Positions 12,563-26,113 are shown, numbered from the stretch's first letter. The stretch: DNA of 64,000 bases from the human T2T-CHM13v2.0 reference genome, Homo sapiens (GCF_009914755.1 NC_060936.1), one strand, 5' to 3'. A program made the numbers and translations. The notes: generated by a model not told the origin, from the sequence alone.

Positions 12563-13501
12563 TGTTAGAGTAGGCAGTTAGGTAGACATGATCAGGGCAG
12601 GGGAGGGCCCTCCCCCAGGAATGTCTGGCGACCATCAGGTGATAGTCAGGCCATTGTTAAACCCTCTAAAATAACAATTGGTCACAGCTGGCACCAGGGA
12701 AATGCAGTCTCCCAATAGAAAACACCTGGCCAGGTGCAGTGGCTTACGCTTGTAATCCTAGCACTCTGGGAGGTCAAGGCGGGTGGATTAACTCGGGCCC
12801 AGGAGTTAGACACCAGCCTAGGCAATGTGGTGAATCCTGTCTCTACAAAAAAATACAAAAATTAGCTGGGCACATGCCTGTCGTCCCAGCTACTCGGGAG
12901 GCTGAGGTGGGAAGATCTCTAGAGCCTGGGAAGCGAGGCTGTGCCACTGCACTCCAATCTGGGTGACAGAGAGAGACTCTTTCTCAAAAAAAAAAAAAAA
13001 AAAAAAAAAAGCAACACCTGAAGCAGGTGATCAGCTTCCTGATAAGGTCTCAGGGGATAGGCGAGTGGGCACACGCACTAGGAGGCAAAATGGCCGAGTT
13101 TAACTATCATATGGCCTTCCTCCAGAAACACTCAACAGATAAGGGAAAAACAAATGAGCATGCGTACTTCAGTAAGCACACTGCATATGCGGCCCCTCCC
13201 AACTGTTGGCAGGCCACTGTGCATGCAGACAGCCCACCCCAAGGGAAGAATCAGGGGAGAAGAAACGCAAATCATGCCAATGTATAAAACCCCAAGTCAA
13301 GGCCGGACAAGGCACTTGGATCTCTCAAGTTGGCCGCTTGGCCGCTTGGTCCTCTTCCAAATGTACTTTACTTCCCTTCGTTCCTCCTCTAAAACTTGCC
13401 TCGGTCTCTCACTCTGCCTTTTGTCCCTGGGCTGAATTCTTTCCTCCAAGGCAGCAAGAACTGAGTTGCTGCAGACCTGTATGGATTCGCCGCTGCTAAC
13501 C
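12563..13501 (+). mobile_element. ERV1 solo LTR (MER50-like) interrupted by an Alu
   Basis: Starts TGTTAGAGTAGG, ends GCTAAC(C); approximate 4-bp TSD gtat/atat; TATAAAA at 13283-13289. Confidence 0.8.
12728..13010 (+). mobile_element. Alu (AluJ-like) nested in the LTR
   Basis: Alu dimer, A25 tail, TSD aacacctg. Confidence 0.93.
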
Positions 13502-14949
13502 ATATGAGGTTTAACTTCACACTTTTCCTGTGTGGTAAACCTACCCAGCCATTTCCTCCTCCTCATAAAACCTCAGTCTTGTCAGGCAGCTGCCCTGATC
13601 CATGTACCCATGTGCTTCAGAAGCGTAAGGACAGCCCCGCCTGAGGGAGAAGTTTAGGGAAGATTCCTAGGACCTGTTCTTCCTACCCTGTTCCCAGGAG
13701 GTCGGATTCCTTCACACGGCTTCTCTCCGCCGGCTTCTCCAGTGCATGTCTATCCCTCCTTGTCCAAGAGCAGTGTGCGTGGACAACTGAGCCGTTAGAT
13801 GCTGCACTCCATAGGTGACAGTACGAATGCTCTAGGACCAGCTTCCTGACATTCCCTTCATGCCACAGGAGACCAGCATTGCAGTGAAACTCAGCAACAG
13901 CATTAGGGGAAGATGAAGTCACTCGCAGGAGCTTTCCTCATAGATTCATTAACTCAACACAACCCCGGGGACTCAGCTCTTGGGAGAAGGCCTTTTGTGT
14001 CAGCTAGCTACCATATTGGGCCAGGCTGGTGGCCATTTCAGAGCTCATTTGCATCCATCTTCGGAGCCACCTTGCCATATGAAATGCATGAAATCCTTTG
14101 CTAGGCTGCTTTATGTCAAGACTGGGGCAAGAACAAACAAACAACTTTCTCTGAAGGAAAAGAACTGCTTCTCCTGCCCCCATTGTATTCTCCAATTTCT
14201 ACCTTACATCAGGGATCCCTGGGTTGGTGACAGTGAAAGTGCTTAAGGTGGTATTAAAACAGGAAGGCTTTATTGGTTTTGTTATTGAGGCTGAACACAA
14301 GGGCATTTAGGTGCCATCAAAGGAGAACTGTAGAAAGTAGTAGAAGAAAATTTGAGTCAAAACATACATACTGTATAAGCATAAAATATCCAAGAGAGCA
14401 GCCAAGAAGAATATGGTACAGCTGGAGACAGCCAATGGGTAGTGGATTCTGTTACACACCAACTGGGACTGTGTGGCAGCCGGAGCCCGATGCTTCTGGA
14501 AGCTGTGTGTGGAGCAGCCCTAGTGCCGTCACTGAATGCTGGGCCAGGCTGCATTAGACAACTGTGGAGGAGTTTGAAATGCCCACTCCTAATGAAGAGT
14601 CTCCCCAGGAGACATGTTTTGAATTTTGAGAACATTTTTCTTCTCTAGCTGAAGCTTTCAATATTTATCAGCAAAGCTCTGCTGAAAGCAATGGCTGCTG
14701 GGCAGGGATCAGACTTGGCAAACTCCACAGGGCTCAGGCTCTGAGCGGGAGGGAGCAGAGAAAGGACAGCAGGGGAGGCATGGAAAACAAAAAGGAAGAG
14801 GGGCTGAAGAGCGATGGGAAGGCCAAAGCTCTTTTCATAACCACTGACTCTTAAAGTCAGGCGGAAGGAGGCCATAAATCCTCGATTGTCCTCTTGTCCT
14901 TGCAGATTCTGTTGCTGTCCTTAGTTCTTTTCCTTCCTAATGGACCAGA

Positions 14950-15180
14950 AAAGGGCTCTGGGTGTAAGCGTGGCTTGCCCAGGTTCCAATCCTGGCTTTC
15001 CCACCATCCAGATGGGTGGCTCTGGAAGAAGTTTTTAGCCTCTTGGAGCCCCTCTTTCCTTACTCAATAATAGTGCAGACCTCCAAGGCTCCTGTAACAG
15101 CCATGTGATCTTTCCATAAAGCATTCAGCACAGTGCCTGGCACACAATCGGAGGTCAATAAGTGTTAGTTATGTTCCTTA
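14950..15180 (+). mobile_element. MIR
   Basis: ggttccaatcctggct core and aaagcattcagcacagtgcctggcaca...tcaataa 3' end. Confidence 0.7.
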
Positions 15181-16856
15181 TTAGATATTAAATGCCTTTC
15201 TCCTCCCCAGGAGTTTTGTCATAAGTCATCTACGTCTTATAGTCTGTTTTCTGAATCTTTAGCATCTGAATCAGCACAACAGTGTCAAAAATAAGTCAAT
15301 TTCAGGCTGCAGGCTATCACCATATCTTAAAGTTCTTAATAGTTCTTGTTGGGTGGGAACTTCAATTTGCCATTTGGATGGTACAGACAGGGTCTTATAA
15401 GAGGGTGAGTAGTGGCAGGAACTGGGGAATTAATGGCTTCCAAATATTTGCATATAAAAGGCAGGCTCCATCTGCTGACACCCGCAGTAATACAGTGTGA
15501 GGGGAACAGGAGGAGGAATCCCCTTTGCATTCTGAGCAGGCCTCAGAAATTTAAGAGGTAGAAAAGCTCTTCCAGCTTTGGAATGTTGGCAGGGGTCTAT
15601 GGCAGTGGCGTCTTGGTGGGTGGAGGGTCAGGGGTGGCTTAGAATAGGGAATGGCCTTTGTTGTGCCCAGAACTAGGCAACTCATCCTGGGAAGAGGCAC
15701 ACATCTTAGATTCACTGCTGAGAGCTGGTCCACAGATGCCCCTTGTGTAGCTCTGGAACCGAGTTCTTAAGCAGGTGAAGCTGCTCATGCCAGCTTCTGT
15801 CCCCTGTCAGGTTATGGGGACTCCACTCAGGCAGAATACCCTGAGACACCAGAATAACGACAACTGTTGTCTGCAGTGCTGTCACTGGGCTCATTGGGAG
15901 TTTGTGTGCTGCCAGCAGACACAAAGCTGCAGACTGGAGGGAGTTCCCCACCCCCATGAGAGAGGGTGAGACGCCCTGCCAGGCCTCATCCACCTCTATG
16001 CACCCTGGCCCTGGTTCCCTGGTTTCTTAGGTGGTAGGTTTTTAGTTCAAATTCCAAACAGTAACATTTCAATACGAGGGGGCATAATAGACTATTTCCT
16101 TCTCAATCCTCCCTGGGAAGCCCTGTAAAACATCCTGATGTGGCCACACAGCTAAGGGGCCACACAGCTCTGCCACATAAACACCCTAAACAGGATGGGA
16201 CGGTGGTTGGCTGTGTGCTGTTAGAGGCTGCCACAGCCAGGACCTCAGGCTGATTTCTGAATTCCCACAGATCTGAGTGTGCTAAACATTGCAAAAGAGA
16301 GAAAACTGCAGATTTTTATCTAGTCTTCAGACACCAGATCAAACACTCATGAATTTGTTCTTAAAACCAGTAATTGGTATGGTGAAAAGTGGAGGAAACC
16401 CTTCCTTTTTGCATTTAAGGCATAGTTTTTGAAAACCTTATGGCATGCAAGAAATTAGTTCAGCTAACTCATGGAAAGGTTTCATAAAAAGAACCTTTGT
16501 ATTTTGCAAAAATAAATTTCATATTAGGGTAATGCAAACTAGCATTTAATACTTGAATTAACGCCTGTTGTCAGTGTTGGTGTTTTACTATTAACCTTTC
16601 ACTGATTAATCTCTTCCTTCCAAGGCACACAGCTATCTGAGCCAAGGAGAGCATGGATGTGAAGACTGACAAGTGTGGACATCAGGAAGGCTTCTCTCAT
16701 TAGAGACATACTCTGTAGGGTTTATGGTATACTGGTTCTTACAGATTTAATACTGCATAAATACTGCATAAAAAGCCCCTCAAGGGTCATGGCAGGGAGA
16801 CAGAGGGTCATTAAATCCAGGTTACAAAAAAAAAAAAAAAAAAAAAAATGAGGTGG

Positions 16857-16952
16857 GGCCAGGCATGATGGCTCACACCTGCAATTCCAGCACTTTGGGA
16901 GGCCAAGGCAGAGGCAGGAGGATTGCTTGAGACCAGCCTGGGTAACACGGTG

Positions 16953-16954
<2 letters not shown>
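16857..16954 (+). mobile_element. Alu left monomer (FLAM-like), internally deleted, between A23 and T36 runs
   Basis: ggccaggcatgatggctcacacctg...gaccagcctgggtaacacggtgaa. Confidence 0.85.
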
Positions 16955-16993
<39 letters not shown>

Positions 16994-17575
16994 TAAAAAA
17001 GAAGTTTCCACAGACAGTTTTGGGGAAATGAAGCTCTAGAGCAAAGCCTGCACAGTTTTGCCTGGGCACTGGGAATGTGAATCCATGTGCATTTCCAAGT
17101 TTGGTTAGCTATTCCCTGGCCCTAGTTCCTCTTGGCTTTGCCCACTCCCTTCCCCTTCAGTAATAGTAACAATTTATTCCTTTCTGACAAAATGGTAAGC
17201 GTCTTCTTCTCTGAGTGTTTACATATTTGCCTCCGTTTTGAATATTCTTCCCAGGAGACCCCCCCACTGAACCTCCAGCCTTACAGAGGGGACAGTCAGT
17301 TGCAGATATTTTGCATCAGAAAACCCTTTCCAGGTTTGAGTGCCTTCTCCAAATCATGTAGGATCTTTAGGGCTTAAAAGAGAACCTTACTGGAATTATA
17401 AGGAACCAGAGGACTGTGCAGCCCAACCTCCATTACCTGCAGCAACCCCACTCCAGGATGTTAGCGCAATGCATTTCCTAGGAACAGTTCATTTCGTGAC
17501 CCCACAAGAGTAAAAGAACTGCCAGCTTCCCTACAATTCAGGGCAAACTGTGATAGAAAAGAAAGAAAGAAAGAG

Positions 17576-18047
17576 GGGCCATCTCCTCCTTGGCATCAGG
17601 GCCAACTTCAGACTCCTTGTGGAGCCCAAGATTGTCAAAAAAAGAACCAAGAAGTTCATCCAGCACCAGTCTGACCAATATGTCAAAATTAAGCGTAACT
17701 GGCAGAAACCCAGAGGTACTGACAACAGGGCTCATAGAAGGTTCAAAGGCTAGATCTTGATGCCCAACATTGGTTATGGGAGCAACAGAAAAACAGCACA
17801 TGCTGCCCAGTGGCTTCCGGAAGTTCCTGATCCACAGCGTCAAGGAGCCGGAAGTGCTGCTGCCATGCAACAAATCTTACTGTGCTGAGATCATTCACAA
17901 TGTTTCCTCCAAGAACTGCAAAGCCGTTGTGGAAAGAGCTGCCCAGCTGGCCATCAGAGTCACCAACCCCAATGCCAGGCTGTGCAGCGAAGAAAATGGG
18001 TAGACAGCTCATGTGCACATTGTGTTCTAAAAAACCGTAAAAACTGC

Positions 18048-18075
<28 letters not shown>
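17576..18075 (+). pseudogene. RPL32P26: RPL32 processed pseudogene, antisense within the last PPM1H intron
   Basis: Intronless RPL32 homology ([27 protein letters not shown]; [11 protein letters not shown]...[12 protein letters not shown]). ATG>AGG at 17598-17600, premature TAG at 17751-17753, 2-nt deletion near 17795, A28 tail at 18048-18075. The P-number is from memory and unverified. Confidence 0.95.
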
Positions 18076-18083
<8 letters not shown>

Positions 18084-19102
18084 CTTACTGCACTCATATT
18101 CTGGCTCATCCATAAAGCCGCCTTTTAATTTTCTGGTTCCTTTGTTGAGACAGTTCAAAAGAGCAAAAGGACTTAAGATACACCAGGGTCAGAAAGATCA
18201 TACAGCTCATTTTTACTCCCATCTCTGCCTGAGAGGATGGTGTGAGGGTCAGAACACATCTTTATGCTAATCACCTCTTCCCTCACAGCACATTCTGGAG
18301 GGGGAGATGCTATTTTAAATTCCTTGCTGGGAAGGATGTCAACAGAGGAAGACAATGCTGGCAATTTGTTTAGAATGGCTGTCACTAGGAGGTAAAAGAA
18401 AAACAAAAAGAAAAGGAACCTACAGGCAACATAAACAAAAGCCCAACAATCAAACGACAAAAGCCCCTAGTCTTGCCTGTCTCAGGCCTCATTCCCTGCC
18501 TCTTTTTGTCCTGCTTCCTTTCTAGACAAAACTGGGAGATCCTGGTAAGACTCAAAGTAAAACAGGCCCACTCAAAACCTCAGATGCAGAAGCACCTTAC
18601 CCTTCTCACCGGCTTTGTTCCATTCCCCTTCCCTCAGGCTTCCCACCCTGGGGAGAACTTTTCCCTTCTCATTTTGTGTCCAACAATAGGCTGACCTCCT
18701 TTGGTCAGTTCCCTCAGGCTTGAACCCAGCAACTCTCCACTGAAAATTAAACAGGCAAACGTGTAGTCCCAGGCTACATATGGAGAAATAGGAACTCTCT
18801 GGCCAAGGAAGGGCTAATAGAGCCTCTGGAATTATAGTGGGCCTTTCCTCATCACAGAAATTATGACTTGGCAACTTCTACTCATATTTCCATTTGGCAT
18901 GACAAGATTAGAACAGCTCCCAGCTGGGAGGGCACTGGCTCTTGGGACTGAGCTCTCTTTGTCCATGAGCCTCCCAAGGAGACATCCTAAACTGGTGTGT
19001 GAGTGTGGTGCCCTCCTACCAAATTACACACAGGTATGTACAAAGATGGCAAACACATGAAAGAGAACACTGTTTCACATATTCCTAAATTATGAGTTTG
19101 AC

Positions 19103-19592
19103 AACAGAAATAGAAAAAACAACCCTAAAATTTGTATGAAACTACAAAAGACCCAGAACAGCCATAGCAAACCTGAACAGAAAGAACAAAGCTGGAGACA
19201 TCACACTTCCTGACTTTAAAATATACTACAAAGCTATATTAACCCAAATAGCATGGTACTGGCATAAAAACAGACACATAGACCAATGGGACAGAATAGA
19301 GAACCTGGAAGTAAATCCATGCATTTACAGCCAACTCATGTTCAACAAAGGTGCCAAGAACATACATTGGGGAAAGGACAGTCTCTTCAATAAATGGTGC
19401 TGGGAAAATTGGATATCCACATGCAGAAAAAGGAAACCAGAGCCCTGTCTCTCACCATATACAAAAATCAAATAATAAAAACAAATTAAAGACTTAAATA
19501 TAAGACCTGAAACTACGAAACTACTAGAAGAAAACACTGGAGAAATGCTTTAGGACATTGGTCTGAGCAAAGGTTTCTTGGCTAAGACCTAA
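19103..19592 (+). mobile_element. L1 ORF2 3' fragment (L1MA/L1PB-like)
   Basis: aacaaagctggag.catcacacttcctgac; agcatggtactggcataaaaacagacacatagaccaatgg; ttcaataaatggtgctgggaaaa. Confidence 0.9.
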
Positions 19593-19819
19593 ATTGTCAG
19601 TCTGAAACAAATTAAGTTTCTCTGATGTCCCAATATTGTGTAATTACTTAAAGGAACACACAGGGGTAGGAAAACAATCCTCATCTTGTTTCTCACCATC
19701 AGATTTTGCAGAATGCTTCCTGGTTGTGAATCATAATGAACAAATTACATAAATTCCATATCGTTACCACAGACTTCCTTTAACACAAATAATTTTCACG
19801 TTCATGATCTCATGAGATC

Positions 19820-20118
19820 ATGGGCCCCTGCTGACCCCTCACACCTCATCTGTTGACATTCTGCTCCCCACCTCCAAGACCAGTCAGCCACACTGACTGT
19901 TGGGTCCCAGAATGTGCCATGTTTTTTCTCCCCAACTCCCCTGACCCTTGCCTCGCTCCTGTTTATTCTTCAGGTTTAAGTGTAGACATCCTTTGCTTTA
20001 GGTTAATGCTGCTGTAATCCCTCCAGACTGTAAACTCAAAGAGGGCAGAGCTGAGGTGTGTGTTCTTCACGAGTATCTAGCAGGCCTTGGCTCACAAAAT
20101 AATAGGTCCTTAGTGGTA
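19820..20118 (+). mobile_element. L2 3' fragment
   Basis: cagactgtaaactc..gagggcag and degenerate (aatg)n end. Confidence 0.55.
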
Positions 20119-20158
20119 TTTCCCAAATGAACAAATCAGAATGGGAGTTATTTGTTAA

Positions 20159-20481
<323 letters not shown>

Positions 20482-20501
20482 AGTTCTGTCTGTTAAAACA
20501 C

Positions 20502-20632
20502 TTTTTTTTCCTTATTTTTAGAGAGGAAGTCTTGCTGTGTTGTCCAGGCTGGTCTTGAACTCAAGCTTAAGCCATCTTCCTGCTTCAGCCTATGGAGTCG
20601 CTCAGATTATAGGCACATGCCATTGCACCTGT
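20502..20632 (-). mobile_element. FLAM/Alu monomer
   Basis: Antisense left monomer. Confidence 0.8.
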
Positions 20633-21294
20633 CTTTACAACCATAATTGTCTAATCTGCAGACTGATAGTCTATTTCTTGCTGATAAACTGTGTTCCCCT
20701 TGCAATTTTCCCTTTCATTCATTCATCCATCTGATATAGGATTCTTTCTATTGCTTTGGTTTGCCATCTTCCCCAAAAGGCATACAGAAAACATTTTTTC
20801 TTTCCCATCCTGTTTGTTCCAAAGAGATCCTTGTGAACCCTGCCTCCGTAGGCAGCAGTTCTCGTGGACCCCAGGAGCCTGCTCTGACCTGGCATGTGCA
20901 CGCTGCCCACAGGTTACCACTCCTTGGCGTACAGATTTATCACTCTGGAGAAAGGCTGGTAAGCAAGACCAAGCCAGCTTAGACACAGAAAAAAAGTGCT
21001 GAGTGCCTTTTAATGCATAACTGGCAGGTGGCTTTGCAAAGCTTTATAAAAATAATCATAGTAGAGAAAAATCAACATGAGAATGTTGCTAACAAGTGGG
21101 ATACATAACATGAAACTTGAAAGGCGAAAAACACATTCAAATTCAAATAAAAGAATATTTAATTATAGTGCCATCAATTCCTCCACACCTGAGCTGAATT
21201 ATATCAGACAATTCGAGGAGGAGACAGATGGTCTACCTTCACGTTTCCTGAATTTCTGTTGTGAAATATGTGAGACATAACAACACACACATCT

Positions 21295-21500
21295 ATTAGT
21301 GCTTATTATCTATTAGGCACTTCACCTAATAATATATATGCATGAGGTTAATACTGTTGGAATCTCCATTTTACATATGAACAATCAGAGAAGAGTTAAG
21401 AAATTTTCCCAAGATCCTAAATCTAGAAGGGGAAGAGCCAAAATTCAACTCGGGAAGTAATTATAGATTACAGGCTCTTAACCACGAGACTACCCTGCCT
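21295..21500 (-). mobile_element. MIR
   Basis: ctccattttacata.gaa...agagttaag..attttcccaag. Confidence 0.6.
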
Positions 21501-21559
21501 CTCATATACCATTTATAGTTTAAAAATAACACAAACAACAATGTACCTGCCATCTACTT

Positions 21560-21990
21560 GAAGGAACAGAATATTATCAGTAAATATCTTAGAAACCCAA
21601 CAGGCCTCAAGCATATATTCCCCTTGGTATCTGCCTCTTCTCCTCTCAAAGTAACCATTATCTTGAATTTTGGGCCAATTTTCTTGGTTTTTGTTATAGT
21701 TTTAATGTCTATATCCCTAAACAATATATTGGTAGTTTTCACTTCATGTACATAGAATTCTAATGTATGTATTCCTCTATGGCTTATTAAACTCAACATT
21801 ATGTTTTTGAGATTCTTCCCTGTTAATGAGCACAGCTTTGGCTCATTTTGGGGGTGGGGGAGGTGCTATAAAGTATCCCAATATTTGTTTACCCGTCCCA
21901 CCACTGGACACGCAAGTTACTTCCAGTTTCTGCAATAAAAACAATTCTGTGAATATCTTCTTGCATGAACGACGATGCAAGAGTTCTTCT
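21560..21990 (-). mobile_element. Old L1 (L1ME-like) 3' fragment
   Basis: actcaacattatgtttttgagattc and related antisense L1 motifs. Confidence 0.6.
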
Positions 21991-21994
21991 AGGA

Positions 21995-22350
<356 letters not shown>

Positions 22351-22493
22351 AGGGTACAGACCTAAGAGTAGAACTGCTGGGCTCCATAAAAACACCATTG
22401 GTATTATGGTTATAATTGTACTGATTCTATGGATCAATTTAGGTAGGCAGCTTCACTTTGGCTCCTTAGAGCCTTTAAGTTGTAAGAATTCTT

Positions 22494-22791
22494 GCCGGGC
22501 GCAGTGGCTCATGCCTGTAATCCCAGCACTTTGGGAGGCCGAGGTGGGCGCATCACCTGAGGTTGGGAGCTCGAGACCAGCCTGACCAACATGGAGAAAC
22601 CCCATCTCTACTAAAAATACAAAATTAGCTGGGCGTGGTGGCACATGCCTGTAATCCCAGCTACTAGGGAGGCTGAGGCAGGAGAATTGCTTGAACCTGG
22701 CAGGCGGAGGTTGCGGTGAGCTGAGATTTGCGCCATTGCACTCCAGCCTGGGCAACAAGAGCGAAACTCCATCTCAAAAAAAAAAAAAAAA
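22494..22791 (+). mobile_element. Alu (AluSp-like)
   Basis: Full dimer with ctgaccaacatggagaaacc diagnostic and A tail. Confidence 0.95.
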
Positions 22792-23049
22792 TTATTCTGT
22801 GTACATTTATGCGAAGAATATAGACCGAACTAGCCAAGTAACACAAGTCAGCCCTTAGGGCCTCACTCTGAGAAATATCTTTCTCTGTGGTTAAGGGTAT
22901 CTTTCTTTTCTTCTCTGTTTCCAGAAATCAGGATCTTGTGGCCAGAGGTTCCCTGTGACACAGGGGGACATTTGGATAAAGTTAGCTCATGGCATAGAGG
23001 GATAATAGTCATTTCTGGCAGGTCAGAGGTGAATGGAGTCTTCATCTAT

Positions 23050-24500
23050 GCTTAGTTTATTAAATTAGAAAAAAAGGCTAAAATTTCAGCCTTTACAGTT
23101 TTGATATGTATTATTATTCAGGCCCAGGTACTTTCTAATTTTCATTATAATTTTTTCCTTTGATTCATAAGTTGTTTAGAAGTTTGGTTTCTATTCCATG
23201 TGAGTTTCCTCTCCTTTACTAGTTTAGAAGTTACCCTTTCTATTATTTTAACAGTTTTCTTAGCTATTTCAACTTGTTTACTTAAAGCCTAAAGTTAAAC
23301 ACCATTAACTTCTCAAAAGAAGCATAGCATGTGAGCTAACACCCCTCCCTTGACAATTTGTACGCTATTTTTATGCAATATTTTAGTTCTATCATTTTTA
23401 ACCCACACATTAGACATTCTTATTACTGTTTTATATAGTCAAGGTATATTTAAATATGACCACATGTTTACTAATACCTTAGCTTAATAATCCATTTTAC
23501 TTCTCAGATATTTCCTGTGGGATCATTTCCTTTTCTTACCTGAGCACACCCTGTAGAAATTTCTTCAGAAGAGGTTAGTTGGCGGTAATATGTATCAGTT
23601 TATGTTTTGCCTGAAAATTTGTTTACTTCATCCTTGTTATTGATAGTTTTGCTACATCTAAAATTCCTAGATTGACAGTTATTTTTTTCTTAGCCAGCTG
23701 AAGATATAATCCCACCATTGGCACCGTTTACTTTTGAAAGTTGGCTGTCAGTCTGAATGTCTTCTTTTTTTTTTTTTTTCCTGGCTGCTTTTAATATATT
23801 TTTGGAAGGCAAAGGGGTTAAAGTTCTTCAGTTTCTTTCTCTTTTTTTTGGGACAGAGTCTCACTCTTTCACCCAGGCTGGAGTGCAGTGGCGTGATCTC
23901 AACTCACTGCAACTTCCGCCTCCCAGGTTCAAACAATTCTCATGCCTCAGCCTCTTGAGTAGCTGGAATTACACACATGCATCACCATGCCTGGCTAATT
24001 TTTGTATTTTTAGTAGAGATGGGAGTTTCGCCATGTTGGCTAGGCTGGTCTTGAACTCCTGACCTCAGGTGATCTGCCCGCCTCCACCTCCCAAAGTGCT
24101 GGGATTACAGGGATGAGCCACAGCACTCGGCTTTTCTTCGGTTTCACTATTTTATTTCTCCTTCCAGAGATTTGTCAGGCTTTCTGAATCTTAGGTTTAG
24201 TATTGACAAAAAATTCTGGAACTTCTTCCCATCTTCTATAGTTTATCCTTTTGGAATTCTTTTAGAGCACCTTAGGCCATCTTTTTAGTCTCTTAATCTC
24301 ATTTCACATTGTCTTTTCTCTTTGTCTAAGCCATCTACTGGATTATTTATTAGATCAATTTTCTAGTTCACCAGTGTTCTCTTCAACTAGCTCTAATCTG
24401 TTTAATTCAGTGAATTTTTAATTCCTATTTTTAAATTTATCATCTCTAGAATTCCATTTTCTTAAAAATTGTTTAGTCATTTTTTTAGTCTCTTTTAAGA
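23050..24500 (-). mobile_element. Old L1 (L1ME-like) fragments interrupted by Alus
   Basis: Degenerate T-rich L1 antisense (aaattcctagattgacagttatttttt); boundaries approximate. Confidence 0.5.
23842..24131 (-). mobile_element. Alu (AluS-like)
   Basis: Antisense dimer. Confidence 0.93.
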
Positions 24501-24522
24501 CTCCTATTTTAAATGCTTTAAA

Positions 24523-24811
24523 TTTTTTTGTTTGTTTTGAGACGGAGTCTTGCTCTGCTGCCCAGGCTGGAGTGCAGTGGTGTGATCGATCTTGGCTCAC
24601 TGCAACCACTGCCTCCTGGGCTCAAGCAATCCCACCTCAGCCCCCTGAGTAGTTGGAACCACAGGCATGCACCACCATGCTCAGCTAATTTTTGTAAAGA
24701 TGGGGTTTCACCATGTTTCCCAGGCTTGTCTTAAACTCCTGTGGCTCAAGTGATCCTCCTGCGTTATCTCCCAAAGTGTTGGGATTACAGGTGTGAGCCA
24801 CCATGCTTGGC
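24523..24811 (-). mobile_element. Alu (AluJ-like)
   Basis: Antisense dimer. Confidence 0.92.
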
Positions 24812-24859
24812 TAAAAAAAAATTTCTGAAGCATGTTAAAATATTTTATATTATTGTTGG

Positions 24860-25030
24860 CTTTCTTTTGTTTGTGTTTTGAGACCGAGTCTTCCTCTGTC
24901 ACCCAGGCTGGAGTGCAGTGGCGCGATCTTGGCTCACTGCAACCTCTGTCTCCGGGGTTCAAGCGATTCTCATGCCTTAGCCTCTCAAGCAGCTGAGACT
25001 ACAGGTATGCATCACTATGCCCAGCTAAAA
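24860..25030 (-). mobile_element. Alu right arm
   Basis: Antisense, truncated. Confidence 0.9.
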
Positions 25031-25398
25031 ATATTTATATTTTTGACTGCTAAATCCAATAAAGAAGTATTTACAGGTCCAATTCTGATGCCTCTGTTAT
25101 TCCTGCTGGCTTTTACTCATGGTGACTTGTGTTCTAGATAAAGCTGCCTTTCTCGAGAGGTAGTTTCTGTTTATTTCTGAGAGTCTTCTAAGGATATTTA
25201 GGTTATTTACACTGCTGCTAGACTGTAAGAAATACTTAACTTGGATCTTTCTCTTCTTACCAAGTATTTCTCAAAAGAAACAATTCTCCAATGGATGACT
25301 ATCAGTGCTGGGGTGCATTTGCCATCACTCTCATCAACAGGATCAAAAATGGGATTATTTCTACTTTAGAGGATAGCTTAGAGGAAGTAAAAATGTGA

Positions 25399-25795
<397 letters not shown>

Positions 25796-25961
25796 GGAAA
25801 GTACCTCTTACAAGAAAGGTAATCCCTTCTGCAGTTTGGTTACTGTACCGTCCATATCAGCCTCTAAGTCATGAATTATGAAAATTGCATGATTATTAAT
25901 TTCAGGCATGTCATGGAAGAATGCTTGAGGAACAACCCTACAATTGTAGAAATGCACAAAC

Positions 25962-26113
25962 CTGTGAGGATCATCTGGATCACAGTTAGGAAGAAACTGA
26001 GTGATTGCTTCTGCTACTTCTTCATTTGATAAAACGTCCCAGAGTCCATCAGTGGCCAAGATCAGCACATCATCTGATCCATGATCATATTTTGAAAGAT
26101 CGTAGATTCTTAC
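25962..26113 (-). CDS. PPM1H: PPM1H penultimate coding exon (exon 9)
   Basis: ttttttttcag|GTA AGA...CAC AG|gtttgt; 152 nt; VRIYDLSKYDHGSDDVLILATDGLWDVLSNEEVAEAITQFLPNCDPDDPH(R) with the PP2C metal-binding DGLWD motif; overlaps ORF-track entry 25808..26068. Confidence 0.97.

Noticed and set aside
17550-18003. RPL32-like ORFs as a functional retrogene
   Set aside because: Start codon lost, premature stop and frameshift.
25808-25961. ORF continues ~50 codons past the exon donor (FVHFYNCR...LPFL)
   Set aside because: Read-through into intron past a valid GT donor; no PP2C similarity and no evidence that the intron is retained.
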